Origin: an uncultured Hellea sp.
Lineage (GTDB): Bacteria; Pseudomonadota; Alphaproteobacteria; Caulobacterales; Maricaulaceae
NCBI GenBank assembly: GCA_937995665.1
Contig: CALKIX010000040.1
Span: 1-47,683, forward strand
Direction of reading: 5' to 3'
DNA: 47,683 nucleotides
The notes below the pieces were generated by a model. The model was not told the DNA's origin. It did no database searches and saw only the letters and a program-made list of their open reading frames with translations. A program made the position numbers and the translations under genes. This document shows positions 1 through 8,479 of this stretch, piece after piece. Position 1 is the first letter of the stretch; every line of letters begins with the position of its first letter.

Positions 1-653
1 ATATTATTGAAATAACTATCATGGCCGCCCTTAAAGGCTGCGATGCGAATGGCTGAATCATCGCCCCAAGAGAAATTGGCTACGCCTTCGACGCGGTAAT
101 CATTATAATTACCATATGAAACCTCTACCCCGCCGTCATTATGTCCAATACCCGGCCCCCACGGGATAATATCAACCGACCCCGCTGTCGCATTACGCCC
201 GCGAAGAGTACCTTGCGGGCCGATATTAACTTCGACGCGCTCAATATCAAAAAAGGCCGCGCCAAAGCCTGAAGGACGCGGGACATAAACACCATTAAGG
301 TGGGTTGCGGCGGCTGGATCGCCCAGTTCTGTATTGTTTGATGAGCCAACACCGCGAATATAAACTTCGATATTGCCTTGGTTATTGGCAATAGAAAGAC
401 CCGGAATTTTACCGTCAATCTCGTTGAAGTTATCAATACCTAAAAGGCTAAGCTCTTCGCCGCTAATGGCCGCGGCTGTACCTGCATAGTCTTGCAAGGA
501 TTGCGAGCGGCGCTCGACGGTTACGATAACTTCGGAGGTGCCGTCATCATTATCGATTATCTCGCTGGATTGCGCCATGGCGGCATTAGACGCCGACATG
601 GCCGTAACTAAAGCTAAAAATGATGCGCCCGCATATTTATGATAATTTGACAT
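1..653 (-). CDS. TonB-dependent receptor, N-terminal part (runs off the left edge; absent from the ORF track)
   Basis: Manual translation from ATG at 653 is open to the edge: MSNYHKYAGASFLALVTAMSASNAAMAQ (signal peptide), EVIVTVERRSQSLQD (TonB box region), IRGVG, FFDIERVEVNIGPQGTLRGRNATAGSVDII (plug-domain signature). AGGGGA RBS upstream. Confidence 0.93.
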   Translation of the reverse strand, partial: MSNYHKYAGASFLALVTAMSASNAAMAQSSEIIDNDDGTSEVIVTVERRSQSLQDYAGTAAAISGEELSLLGIDNFNEIDGKIPGLSIANNQGNIEVYIRGVGSSNNTELGDPAAATHLNGVYVPRPSGFGAAFFDIERVEVNIGPQGTLRGRNATAGSVDIIPWGPGIGHNDGGVEVSYGNYNDYRVEGVANFSWGDDSAIRIAAFKGGHDSYFNN

Positions 654-691
654 GAGCTTTTCCCCTAGCTGTTTATATCATTATGCGAAAT

Positions 692-721
692 ACTCTAGGC
701 AGAGGGCTTGCGCGGCTACAA
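692..721 (-). promoter_or_regulatory. Putative sigma70-type promoter of the TonB-dependent receptor
   Basis: Minus strand TTGTAG-N18-TAGAGT, immediately downstream of the direct repeats. Confidence 0.4.
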
Positions 722-728
722 GCGCTAT

Positions 729-762
729 GCGGTGAACGGGATTAATTGAGCGGTGAACGGGA
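729..762 (-). promoter_or_regulatory. LytTR-type direct-repeat binding site
   Basis: Perfect 13-mer GCGGTGAACGGGA at 729-741 and 750-762 (minus strand TCCCGTTCACCGC-N8-TCCCGTTCACCGC), 21-bp period, next to a LytTR regulator gene. Confidence 0.75.
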
Positions 763-775
763 CGATTTACGACTT

Positions 776-1552
776 TTACGACAATCTTGCTCTGATGGCC
801 GGACCATAAGTGCGGCTGACTTTTAAGCGGCTTTTATCCGATATAATCACAAAGGCTTCGCCTTTTGGAGCTGTGATAACCTCGCGCACTTTGTCCATAT
901 TGACGAGCGTTGAGCGGTGAATACGCTGAAAATTAGTTCCCTTTAGTTCAGCCTCCATAGTCTTCAAAGTCGAGCGTATTATGCGTGTCTCGCCCTTTAT
1001 ATGGATGCAAACATAATCTCCTGCCGCTTCGATCCAATCAATCTGGCTTTGATCGAGCAGCGCTATGCGGTCCATTTCTTTGACAATTAAAGTCGCAGGT
1101 TTTTGCTGCGCCATATTGGATTGTACCGTTTCTGATATATCCTGAAGCACGTCTAAAAGCTCAGGCTTTTTACGCACCACTCGCTTTGCCTTTAAAAGGG
1201 TTTTGGCCCGCGCGACGCTCTCGAGGATATTGTCTTCATTTAAAGGTTTGAGCACATAATCCACGGCTTGGACTTTAAAGGCATTAATCGCGTATTCTGC
1301 ATAGGCGGTTGTGAAAATCACGAGCGGGAGAACATCCCCTTGAATGGCGGCGATAACGTCAAACCCGTTCATTTCGGGCATTTGAATATCCAAAAACATG
1401 ACATCTGGATTATGTATCATGACGGCTTTGACGGCCTCATGACCATTTTTACATTGCGCAACCACCTCCACGCCCTCAATATCCATCAGAATAGAAGACA
1501 GTAAATTGAGCGCTAACTCTTCGTCATCAACAATTATAACCCGAATGCTCAT
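776..1552 (-). CDS. LytTR-family response regulator
   Basis: Receiver motifs VDDE, FLDIQMP, FTTAY, DYVLKP; LytTR domain IDWIEAAGDYV, FQRIHRS, LKVSRTY. ATGA overlap with the kinase. Confidence 0.95.
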   Translation of the reverse strand: MSIRVIIVDDEELALNLLSSILMDIEGVEVVAQCKNGHEAVKAVMIHNPDVMFLDIQMPEMNGFDVIAAIQGDVLPLVIFTTAYAEYAINAFKVQAVDYVLKPLNEDNILESVARAKTLLKAKRVVRKKPELLDVLQDISETVQSNMAQQKPATLIVKEMDRIALLDQSQIDWIEAAGDYVCIHIKGETRIIRSTLKTMEAELKGTNFQRIHRSTLVNMDKVREVITAPKGEAFVIISDKSRLKVSRTYGPAIRARLS

Positions 1553-2739
1553 TCTACGTTTTCGTTAAGTTGTTTTTCAGACATGTTTATAGAGGTTTCA
1601 TAAGGCATAGTCAGGGTCACGCTCAATCCCCCTAGTTCGGATTTTTCAAGACCGAAACTAGCCGCATCGCCGTAATGTGACTTAAGCCTTTCAATAATAT
1701 TATTGAGTCCTACGCCAGATTTTTGCTTAATCGCCTCTTGGGTCTTGCGCATAATATCCTCGCCTCCCGGGCCGCTATTTTCAACGCAAATGAGCAAAAT
1801 CTCCTCTTCGGTTTTTGCTGTAAGCTTAATTGTGCCGCCCGCGATTTTACCGGCGACCGCATATTTAATCGCATTTTCGAATATGGGCTGTAAAACGAGG
1901 CTCGGCACATACCCTTTTAGCGCGGCGCTGGACACTTCAAATTCAGTCTTTAAGCGATCCCCATAACGCACATCTTCAATCGCCAAGTAAAGCTCTAGCG
2001 TTTGAATTTCATCCGCTAAGCTTACTTTTTGGTTGGGAGTCTTCTCTAGGGAAAATCTCAAAAAATCACTTAAGTGAGACAGGGTCGAGCGCGCTTGGTC
2101 GGCACGATTTGTTTTAATGAGCGCTGAAATAGAGTTTAGGGTGTTAAACAAAAAATGCGGGTTCAGTTGATAGCGCAGCATTTTAATTTGGGCTTGGCGG
2201 GCCCCTGTTTCAGCCGAGAGGCGTTTAAGTTGCTCTTCTTGCATTTGCTGGGTGGCGAGATAGCGCTGCTCTCGCTCTAATTGTAATAAGGAAAATATTT
2301 TTCCGCCAAAATAAAGCGAGGTCCAGCTGAGGAACACCATAAAGGATCCGAAATACCAGCCGCCAAAATCATCCCAGATGTCATATTCTTGGCCAAGCCA
2401 TAGAAAAGTCTGCATACGCAGCAATGTCCAGATAACACTGGAAGCAATAATCCCGCCGCCAATAACAAGTATTTTTGCCCCGAAATTTTTATCCCAGACT
2501 CTGCTAAAAACAAAACGCAAGGGCACACAAATCATTATACCCAAAATAGCTTGGACCAGTGTATGGGTGACGTGGAAGAGGTTCGGCGCCCCGTACCAGA
2601 CGGTCAAGGACAAGAACGTGACAATACAAAGCCCGCCCCAGCCAATTAATTGCAAGCCCCAATATTGAGCCTCGCGATTTTGCTCAAAATCTGAAAATAT
2701 GGACGGCAATGCATTTTGGTGAGGTTTCATAAAGGGCAC
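1549..2739 (-). CDS. LytS/YehU-type membrane sensor histidine kinase
   Basis: About 4 N-terminal TM helices; LRYQLNPHFLFNTLNSI H-box; LQPIFENAIKY; GVGLNNIIERL. Start is GTG 2739 or ATG 2730. Confidence 0.93.
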   Translation of the reverse strand: MPFMKPHQNALPSIFSDFEQNREAQYWGLQLIGWGGLCIVTFLSLTVWYGAPNLFHVTHTLVQAILGIMICVPLRFVFSRVWDKNFGAKILVIGGGIIASSVIWTLLRMQTFLWLGQEYDIWDDFGGWYFGSFMVFLSWTSLYFGGKIFSLLQLEREQRYLATQQMQEEQLKRLSAETGARQAQIKMLRYQLNPHFLFNTLNSISALIKTNRADQARSTLSHLSDFLRFSLEKTPNQKVSLADEIQTLELYLAIEDVRYGDRLKTEFEVSSAALKGYVPSLVLQPIFENAIKYAVAGKIAGGTIKLTAKTEEEILLICVENSGPGGEDIMRKTQEAIKQKSGVGLNNIIERLKSHYGDAASFGLEKSELGGLSVTLTMPYETSINMSEKQLNENVE

Positions 2740-2992
2740 AATATCATACAGGCACTCATTTTGCTAATGACCGATAACTCCTCCTTGTTTAACAGTGGAG
2801 TGTCATATTTACGCTATTGAGAAAATGAGCCTTAGCTTCGAGTTCATCTGCTATGTACCTCACAGCTCTTTCTATTTTTATATAGACAGGGCCATCGCCA
2901 AGCAGTCCAAATATGGGGTCATGTTCACCGTTCCAGAAACTCTAAAACAAACTGGCACATAAAATGGGGGCTGGACATTTTGATGAGAAACG

Positions 2993-3033
2993 AAAAAACG
3001 TCAAATTTGGTTCAATATGACGTTATGACGTTT
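2993..3033 (-). terminator. Putative terminator after tRNA-Gly
   Basis: Minus strand AACGTCA...TGACGTT followed by a T run. One arm is tandemly duplicated (ATGACGTT x2 at 3017-3032). Confidence 0.4.
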
Positions 3034-3051
3034 ATTTTGGGACTTGAAAAA

Positions 3052-3126
3052 TGGAGCGGGCGATGAGATTCGAACCCACGACCCTCACCTTGGCAAGGTG
3101 ATGCTCTACCACTGAGCTACGCCCGC
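3052..3126 (-). tRNA. tRNA-Gly (anticodon GCC)
   Basis: Reverse complement GCGGGCGTAGCTCAGTGGTAGAGCATCACCTTGCCAAGGTGAGGGTCGTGGGTTCGAATCTCATCGCCCGCTCCA folds as a cloverleaf, with a TTCGA T-loop and encoded CCA. Confidence 0.97.
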
Positions 3127-3235
3127 TCATATTTTGCGTAGTGTGCCTATCAAGATAGGCGCGGCAGAAGAGCCGCTATATGACGTAAACGCTTTATAAT
3201 ATCAAGCCATTTTCATAGAAAAATGCGCAAAAATT

Positions 3236-4048
3236 TTATCGCTTTAAAACAGCGCCCCCGCGCAGGTCTTTGGGCGTCTTCATACGCCGTTTCGTATTAT
3301 GCTGGGCCGTTACAGCGCCGCCGCTCACTTTCTCCCCGCGCATATAATGACGCTGCCAGCCCTGCTCCACCGCATCGGCATCTCCGAGATTAAGCTTGGC
3401 GTTAAATTCGGCGCGGCTTTTGGTCCAGCTTTGATAATCCGCATGAAGCGGGCCATTGGCTTTAAGCGCCTTGACCTTTGGCTGGGTGGCTTCAAGGCGG
3501 GGGCCTTCAACCAAGCTTATAAAGCAAAAGGGCTCATCTTTTTCAAAGCTCACCTTACCAGGGCGCGTCATTTGCCAATTCATCGTGAAAGGATAAGGCA
3601 GCCAATCTGTTTCTACGAGTCCGGAGAGCGGATAGATTCCATCTTTGGGCCAATTAGGCGGCCCGCCGCATAAAACCGCCCAGCCCGGCGGCGTGCGAAA
3701 GAGATAACCCGTATGGAACGTTACAATGCCCGCGCGAAAATGGCTCACGGCCAAGCCTTCAATGTAAGCCTGCTTATCGGGTGAGCTAAGGCGTATATCC
3801 TCAATATTAGGCCCGCCTGTCCATTCAATATCAAGCGCGAAGGGGCAGTTAATTTCCCAGCCTGTCGAATTGGCCATAGAGAGTGGCAGGCAGCGATAAG
3901 GCTGGCGGTCGGCAAAATGGTCCATCCAATCCCGATTAGGGCGCGCCGGCACGAATGGCGGGGCGACATCATGGATCGTATAAGCCTCCAGCCAAGGCGG
4001 TGTTAGGTTTGAGTCTAAACTTTGGGACGTATTTTTATCTGAGCTCAT
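3236..4048 (-). CDS. DUF6065-like protein
   Basis: RCLPLSMANSTGWEINCP, GIVTFHTGYLFRTPPGW, GPPNWPKDG, GLVETDWLPYPFTMNWQMTRPG and WQRHY match my recollection of DUF6065. Confidence 0.75.
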   Translation of the reverse strand: MSSDKNTSQSLDSNLTPPWLEAYTIHDVAPPFVPARPNRDWMDHFADRQPYRCLPLSMANSTGWEINCPFALDIEWTGGPNIEDIRLSSPDKQAYIEGLAVSHFRAGIVTFHTGYLFRTPPGWAVLCGGPPNWPKDGIYPLSGLVETDWLPYPFTMNWQMTRPGKVSFEKDEPFCFISLVEGPRLEATQPKVKALKANGPLHADYQSWTKSRAEFNAKLNLGDADAVEQGWQRHYMRGEKVSGGAVTAQHNTKRRMKTPKDLRGGAVLKR

Positions 4049-4091
4049 AGGGTGAATTTACATTAAAATTGAACTATGAGATAGTCCCATA

Positions 4092-4610
4092 ATGAGTTCG
4101 CATTCCCTCACCCGCCCTGCTACGCGCGAGGAGCTTTTTGATTTCCTAGCCGCCCATAATATTGCCTATGAAACGCATCATCACGCCCCTATTTTTACCG
4201 TCGAGGAGGGCGCAGACATTAAAGCCGCTATGCCGGGCGGGCATAGTAAAAACCTCTTTTTAAAAGATAAGGCTGGCCAGGTTTTTCTGATTTGCGCCCT
4301 CAGTAGCACGCAAATTCGTCTTAACGCGCTGCATAAGGTCATTGGCAGTAAGCGGCTCTCATTTGGCTCAGAAGCGCTCCTGCTCGAGACCCTTGGCGTG
4401 ACGCCCGGCTCTGTGACTTTATTTGCTCTGCTCAATGACAAAGAGGGGCGCGTGCAGCTGATCCTCGACGCGGCGCTTGTGAGGCATGACATTGTGAATT
4501 TTCATCCTCTGCTTAATGATGCGACCACGGCGATTTCCAGCAAAGACATGATACGTTTTGCAAAAGCGAGCGGGCATGAGCCGCGTCTGATTGATTTTAA
4601 TCAAATTTAG
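4092..4610 (+). CDS. YbaK/ProXp-ala (PrdX-like) aminoacyl-tRNA deacylase
   Basis: [37 protein letters not shown] motifs. Confidence 0.9.
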   Translation: MSSHSLTRPATREELFDFLAAHNIAYETHHHAPIFTVEEGADIKAAMPGGHSKNLFLKDKAGQVFLICALSSTQIRLNALHKVIGSKRLSFGSEALLLETLGVTPGSVTLFALLNDKEGRVQLILDAALVRHDIVNFHPLLNDATTAISSKDMIRFAKASGHEPRLIDFNQI

Positions 4611-4619
4611 GCGGCAGGC

Positions 4620-6260
4620 CTAATTCTCATCTGCGCGTAAGAGCGGCAAGGTGATATCAACTGTGGTGCCTTGGCCTATTTCGCTCTCAACCGCAAAACT
4701 GCCCTTATGCAAATCCGTGAGAGATTTTACCAAGCTGACTCCAAGTCCAGTTCCGCGCTGCTCTTCCTTTTTGCCTTCGTCAAATTGCTGATAGGGTTCA
4801 CCTAATTTAGCAATGTCAGACTGGCTTATCCCAGCGCCTTCATCTTTGACGCGCAGCTCAAGCTGTGTGCCTGTAGATTTTGCCGTGATATGCACATCGC
4901 TGCCTGGCTCTGAGAATTTCACCGCATTGGATATGAGGTTTAGTAAAATCTGGCGCAAGGCTTTGCGGTCCGCTTCAATTAAGAGCGGAAGCTCATCATG
5001 GATACCCACCATCAGGCGCAATTTGGCTTTATCCGCCAAAGGCTGGGCCATCTTCACCGTCGAGCGCACGACATCTGCTGCGTCAAAGCTCTCATAGTGA
5101 AGTTCATATTTCCCCGCCTCGACTTTGGATAAATCTAAAACGTCGCTAATAACGTCGAGCATATGCTGGCCGCTATCATGGATAAGGTCCGCATATTCGC
5201 CGTATTTGCCCGGCAAGGGCCCAAAGAGGCGCGAGCGCATCATATCTGAAAAGCCGATAATGGCATTAAGCGGCGTGCGCAGCTCATGGCTGACCCCTGC
5301 AAAGAAAAGCGCGGAATCTTCTGACTGGCGTATAACGTCATCATAGCGGGCTTGTAGCGCGTGTTTTTGTGCCATTTCAGCGCCCTCACAGATATGCAGG
5401 ATAAGCTCATCATCCAGCGGGGCAACGTGAATATTAAGCGGTGCCATAAGCCCTGCTTCAAGCTCAGCCTCAATAAAGACCGTTTCATTTTGCCCGCCCG
5501 CGCGCGCCTTAATGATTGTATCTTTGAGCATTCCAAGCGCCTTTTTATCATCGGTTAGGATCCCCTCCAGCGGCATCCTCGAAAGCCCTTGGGCCAGGCT
5601 AAATAAGCGGCGCGCCTCATTATTGGCAAAGATAAGATGGTTTTGCTCATCCAGACGCATAACCGCGCCATGGACCGAATTTAATAATTGCTCTGCCTCA
5701 ACAGAAAACGGTTGATGCACGCGCATGACAGGCCGGGCGGCAGCCTTGCTCCGCGCCGCAGCAAATAATGTTGTCACCAATAAGCCTATCGTGCCGATTA
5801 TGCCAAATTGCTGGCCCCAAAGTTTTTGGCTGCCATTGATTTGCGTCTCTGGAATATAGCCAAGCTGGCCAGCATAATAAATGAGCCCTGCAAAAATAGC
5901 GGCCATGACCATAGCCTCGATCACTTTTTCTTTTTCAAAAAGCGCCGCCGCCGCAGGCGCGCAAAGAAACAAAACGGCCATGGGAATAAAACCGATTAAG
6001 ATAGAGGCAATAATCGCCAGCGCCAGCCAGCCAAAAATAACTAAAAGCTGCGCCCATTCGCGCCGCAAAACGGGGGAGAGCATCAAGCTCCATAGGGCAG
6101 GAAAAGCCGCAACCCCAGCAATCGGCCAGAGCATTTGCCAGCTTACGCCGCGCAAATACGCCGCAAATAAAGCCGTGCACAAAATGGCAAGCCAAATCAG
6201 CGAGGGCATAATAAGCCCTTTATGGCTGCTAGTGTCTATCGATTTCGCCTCAAGGCTCAT
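4620..6260 (-). CDS. divJ: Cell-cycle sensor histidine kinase, DivJ-like
   Basis: Multi-TM N-terminus, PAS-like segment, SHELRTPLNAIIGFSDMMRSRLFGPLPGKYGEYADLIHDSG (PleC/DivJ-type HisKA), N box NLISNAVKF, GTGLG. Confidence 0.75.
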   Translation of the reverse strand: MSLEAKSIDTSSHKGLIMPSLIWLAILCTALFAAYLRGVSWQMLWPIAGVAAFPALWSLMLSPVLRREWAQLLVIFGWLALAIIASILIGFIPMAVLFLCAPAAAALFEKEKVIEAMVMAAIFAGLIYYAGQLGYIPETQINGSQKLWGQQFGIIGTIGLLVTTLFAAARSKAAARPVMRVHQPFSVEAEQLLNSVHGAVMRLDEQNHLIFANNEARRLFSLAQGLSRMPLEGILTDDKKALGMLKDTIIKARAGGQNETVFIEAELEAGLMAPLNIHVAPLDDELILHICEGAEMAQKHALQARYDDVIRQSEDSALFFAGVSHELRTPLNAIIGFSDMMRSRLFGPLPGKYGEYADLIHDSGQHMLDVISDVLDLSKVEAGKYELHYESFDAADVVRSTVKMAQPLADKAKLRLMVGIHDELPLLIEADRKALRQILLNLISNAVKFSEPGSDVHITAKSTGTQLELRVKDEGAGISQSDIAKLGEPYQQFDEGKKEEQRGTGLGVSLVKSLTDLHKGSFAVESEIGQGTTVDITLPLLRADEN

Positions 6261-6460
6261 GCCTATTTCATCCCATATGAAAACATAAATTATGCCTATC
6301 TAAGTTGATTTTCGCCTCCAAAGCCAGCGCATTCGCCTAAAATGCGCCTCATGGGCGAAAATACGCTTAAAAGGCTCGTGCCCTATTTTGGCACAATTAA
6401 GGCAAAAAGCAGCGCTTGATTGCCGTTGCAAAAGCGCGCGTCCCGCCCTATTTGGAGCCC

Positions 6461-6901
6461 ATGAGCGAGACGAACGAAAATTGGCCTGACGACATTCAGG
6501 ATATGATTGACGATTTCACCTTCTTGGATGATTGGGAAGAGCGCTATAGCCATGTCATTGATATGGGCAAAGCCCTGCCCCCGCTACAAGATAGCGAGCG
6601 CAATATTGCGACCAAAGTTAAAGGCTGCGTCTCCCAAGTCTGGCTTGTTTCTGAATATGGCGAAGGGCCAGACCCTATCTTGTCTTTTCGCGGGGATAGC
6701 GACGCCCATATCGTCAAAGGGCTCGTGGCTGTGGCCCTACAAATTTTTTCGGGTCGCAAAGCCTCGCTTATTGAACAGCTAAATGAAGAAGCGATTTTAA
6801 AGCAGCTGAGCCTTGATGAACATCTCTCGCCCCAGCGCTCTAATGGGCTAAAGGCGATGATTGCCCGCATTAAAGCCGAAGCCAAAGCGGCGCGCGCTTA
6901 G
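6461..6901 (+). CDS. sufE: SufE-family Fe-S cluster sulfur acceptor
   Basis: DDWEERY, VKGCVSQVWL, GDSDAHIVKGL, LSPQRSNGL. ATG 6461 with GGAG RBS preferred over TTG 6416. Confidence 0.93.
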   Translation: MSETNENWPDDIQDMIDDFTFLDDWEERYSHVIDMGKALPPLQDSERNIATKVKGCVSQVWLVSEYGEGPDPILSFRGDSDAHIVKGLVAVALQIFSGRKASLIEQLNEEAILKQLSLDEHLSPQRSNGLKAMIARIKAEAKAARA

Positions 6902-6904
6902 CGC

Positions 6905-7504
6905 TTATTTGCGGTACGCCTTGGTAATAATGACAGGGCGAGTCAAAAATTGAGCGGCATTGGGGTCGCCCTCTAGCGGGGGTTCTTTTTCGCCTTGCTG
7001 GATTTTTTTCACCACATCCATGCCCTGCACAACCTTGCCAAAGACAGCAAAGCCCTGCCCATCCGGATGACGTTTTCCGTCAAAATCTAGGAAATTATTA
7101 TCCTCAACATTTATAAAGAAAAAAGCCGCACTGCCGCTGCCAACATCTTTGCGTGCGAGCGAGACCATGCCGGCCTTATTTCGTAGACCCGTTTCTTTTG
7201 TCGTTTCATGAGCGATTGGTTCGCTGATCGGCTCAATCGCTAGCCGACCGCCTTGAATAATTGACATCCCCATATCGCGGTCATCATTTTGCGGCGTCAC
7301 GGCGCGGTAAAAGGCCTGCCCGTGATAATATTTACGGTCAACATATTTTAGAAAGTCAGCAGAGGAGAGCGGGGCCTTATCAGGATAGACTTCTATCTCG
7401 ATAACGCCCTTGCCAGTCTCAATAATAACATTGGGCGAATTATCAACTTTGGGGCCGCAGGCCAGAAGCGCAGCGCAGCCAAGCACCCCAAGATAAAATC
7501 TCAT
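6905..7504 (-). CDS. Cyclophilin-type peptidyl-prolyl isomerase, predicted lipoprotein
   Basis: Lipobox LLAC; DKAPLS, FYRAV, IIQGG, FFINV, GFAVFGKVVQGMDVV. Confidence 0.9.
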   Translation of the reverse strand: MRFYLGVLGCAALLACGPKVDNSPNVIIETGKGVIEIEVYPDKAPLSSADFLKYVDRKYYHGQAFYRAVTPQNDDRDMGMSIIQGGRLAIEPISEPIAHETTKETGLRNKAGMVSLARKDVGSGSAAFFFINVEDNNFLDFDGKRHPDGQGFAVFGKVVQGMDVVKKIQQGEKEPPLEGDPNAAQFLTRPVIITKAYRK

Positions 7505-7674
7505 GACTTATCATTCTCATTATTTTTATCCTCGCGGCTCTTAAACGCCATGTCAAAGCCGAGCACAGCTAATATGGCTGCAAAAATCGCAAAGAGCGGA
7601 TGACGCAGCGCAAAGAGTGTCATAATGCCAATGCCGACCCCTAAGATCAGCGCGTAAGGATGAAGATTTCTCAT
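7501..7674 (-). CDS. Small (57 aa) membrane protein, below the ORF-track cutoff
   Basis: MRNLHPYALILGVGIGIMTLFALRHPLFAIFAAILAVLGFDMAFKSREDKNNENDKS*. ATGA overlaps with both the upstream HNH stop and the downstream PPIase start. Confidence 0.8.
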   Translation of the reverse strand: MRNLHPYALILGVGIGIMTLFALRHPLFAIFAAILAVLGFDMAFKSREDKNNENDKS

Positions 7675-8285
7675 GGTTCTAATTCAACGTCCCAGTACAA
7701 ATAGTCAAGCCAACTTTCATGTAAATGATTAGGCGGAAAGCGCCGCCCTTGGGCTTGCAGCTGAAACATGGTCGGGCGGAACGGGGCGTTTTGCGGGTGC
7801 ATCTGCGCATCTTTAGGCAATCGTCCACCTTTGCGCAGATTGCATTTAGAACAGGCGGCCACGATATTTTCCCAAGACGTCTTGCCGCCCAAACGGCGCG
7901 GGATGAGATGGTCAAAGGTCAGGTCATCAGGGCTGCCGCAATAAGCGCATTCAAAACCATCGCGCAGAAAGAGGTTAAACCGCGTAAAAGCAGGAGAGCG
8001 GTTTTGCGCGACATAATCTTTAAGCGCGACAACAGAAGGTATTTCCATTTCAAAACTCGCCGCGCGGACAACTTGTTCATATTTATCGACAACATTGACT
8101 CGCTCAAGGAACACCGCTTTGACGGCATCTTGCCAAGACCAAAGCGATAGCGGGAAATATGAGAGAGGCTGATAATCAGCATTTAAAATCAAGCAAGGGT
8201 AATTGCCGCGCTTGACAGGCGGGCTCTCGCGCAAAGAGCGTTGAAGCAAGTCATCGTGAAAACTCACAGGCCAGCCCCTGCGCAT
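7671..8285 (-). CDS. HNH endonuclease family protein
   Basis: LILNADYQPLS, FTRFNLFLRD, CAYCG, TFDHLIPRRLGGKTSWENIVAACSKCNLRKG. True start may be the downstream GTG (about 8267). Confidence 0.9.
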   Translation of the reverse strand: MRRGWPVSFHDDLLQRSLRESPPVKRGNYPCLILNADYQPLSYFPLSLWSWQDAVKAVFLERVNVVDKYEQVVRAASFEMEIPSVVALKDYVAQNRSPAFTRFNLFLRDGFECAYCGSPDDLTFDHLIPRRLGGKTSWENIVAACSKCNLRKGGRLPKDAQMHPQNAPFRPTMFQLQAQGRRFPPNHLHESWLDYLYWDVELEP

Positions 8286-8353
8286 TTATGCGTCAGTTTT
8301 GATAAAAATAGTCTCGCAGCTATACTGAAACCGTGACTCCCTATTACGCTTAT

Positions 8354-8387
8354 ACAATAGCTAACAATAATGACCGCCATATGACAA
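8354..8387 (-). promoter_or_regulatory. Putative Pho box plus -10 element upstream of the HNH operon
   Basis: Minus strand TTGTCAT-ATGG-CGGTCAT (11-bp period), then exactly 10 nt, then TATTGT. Confidence 0.55.
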
Positions 8388-8479
8388 GACGTGAATTTTG
8401 ATAGTTTCGCCCTATTTTGCAGCTCAATTGCCTGCCAATCCCCCTCGCCATAGGCGCAACAATAGCCCAATGTAGCCCT

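Noticed and set aside
125-436. 103-aa minus-strand ORF in the track
   Set aside because: Out-of-frame shadow inside the TonB-dependent receptor gene.
912-921. GAGCGGTGAA resembling the LytTR box inside the regulator gene
   Set aside because: Explained by the codons of the conserved RIHRS motif; single copy.
2727-2759. 10-aa uORF (MSACMILCPL) overlapping the kinase ATG, with AAGGAGGAG upstream
   Set aside because: The SD-like sequence is 18 nt from the ATG, too far; no other support.
3052-3126. Two G-U pairs in the tRNA T-stem suggesting a pseudo-tRNA
   Set aside because: All other stems, invariant bases and the CCA end are intact; wobble pairs are tolerated.
6388-6404. Sigma54-like TGGCAC-N7-GC upstream of sufE
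   Set aside because: The -12 element reads AGGC rather than TTGC; too weak to call.
7671-8285. HNH nuclease as a defence system or homing element
   Set aside because: No methylase, repeats, intron or mobility genes nearby; it resembles the common chromosomal stand-alone HNH family.
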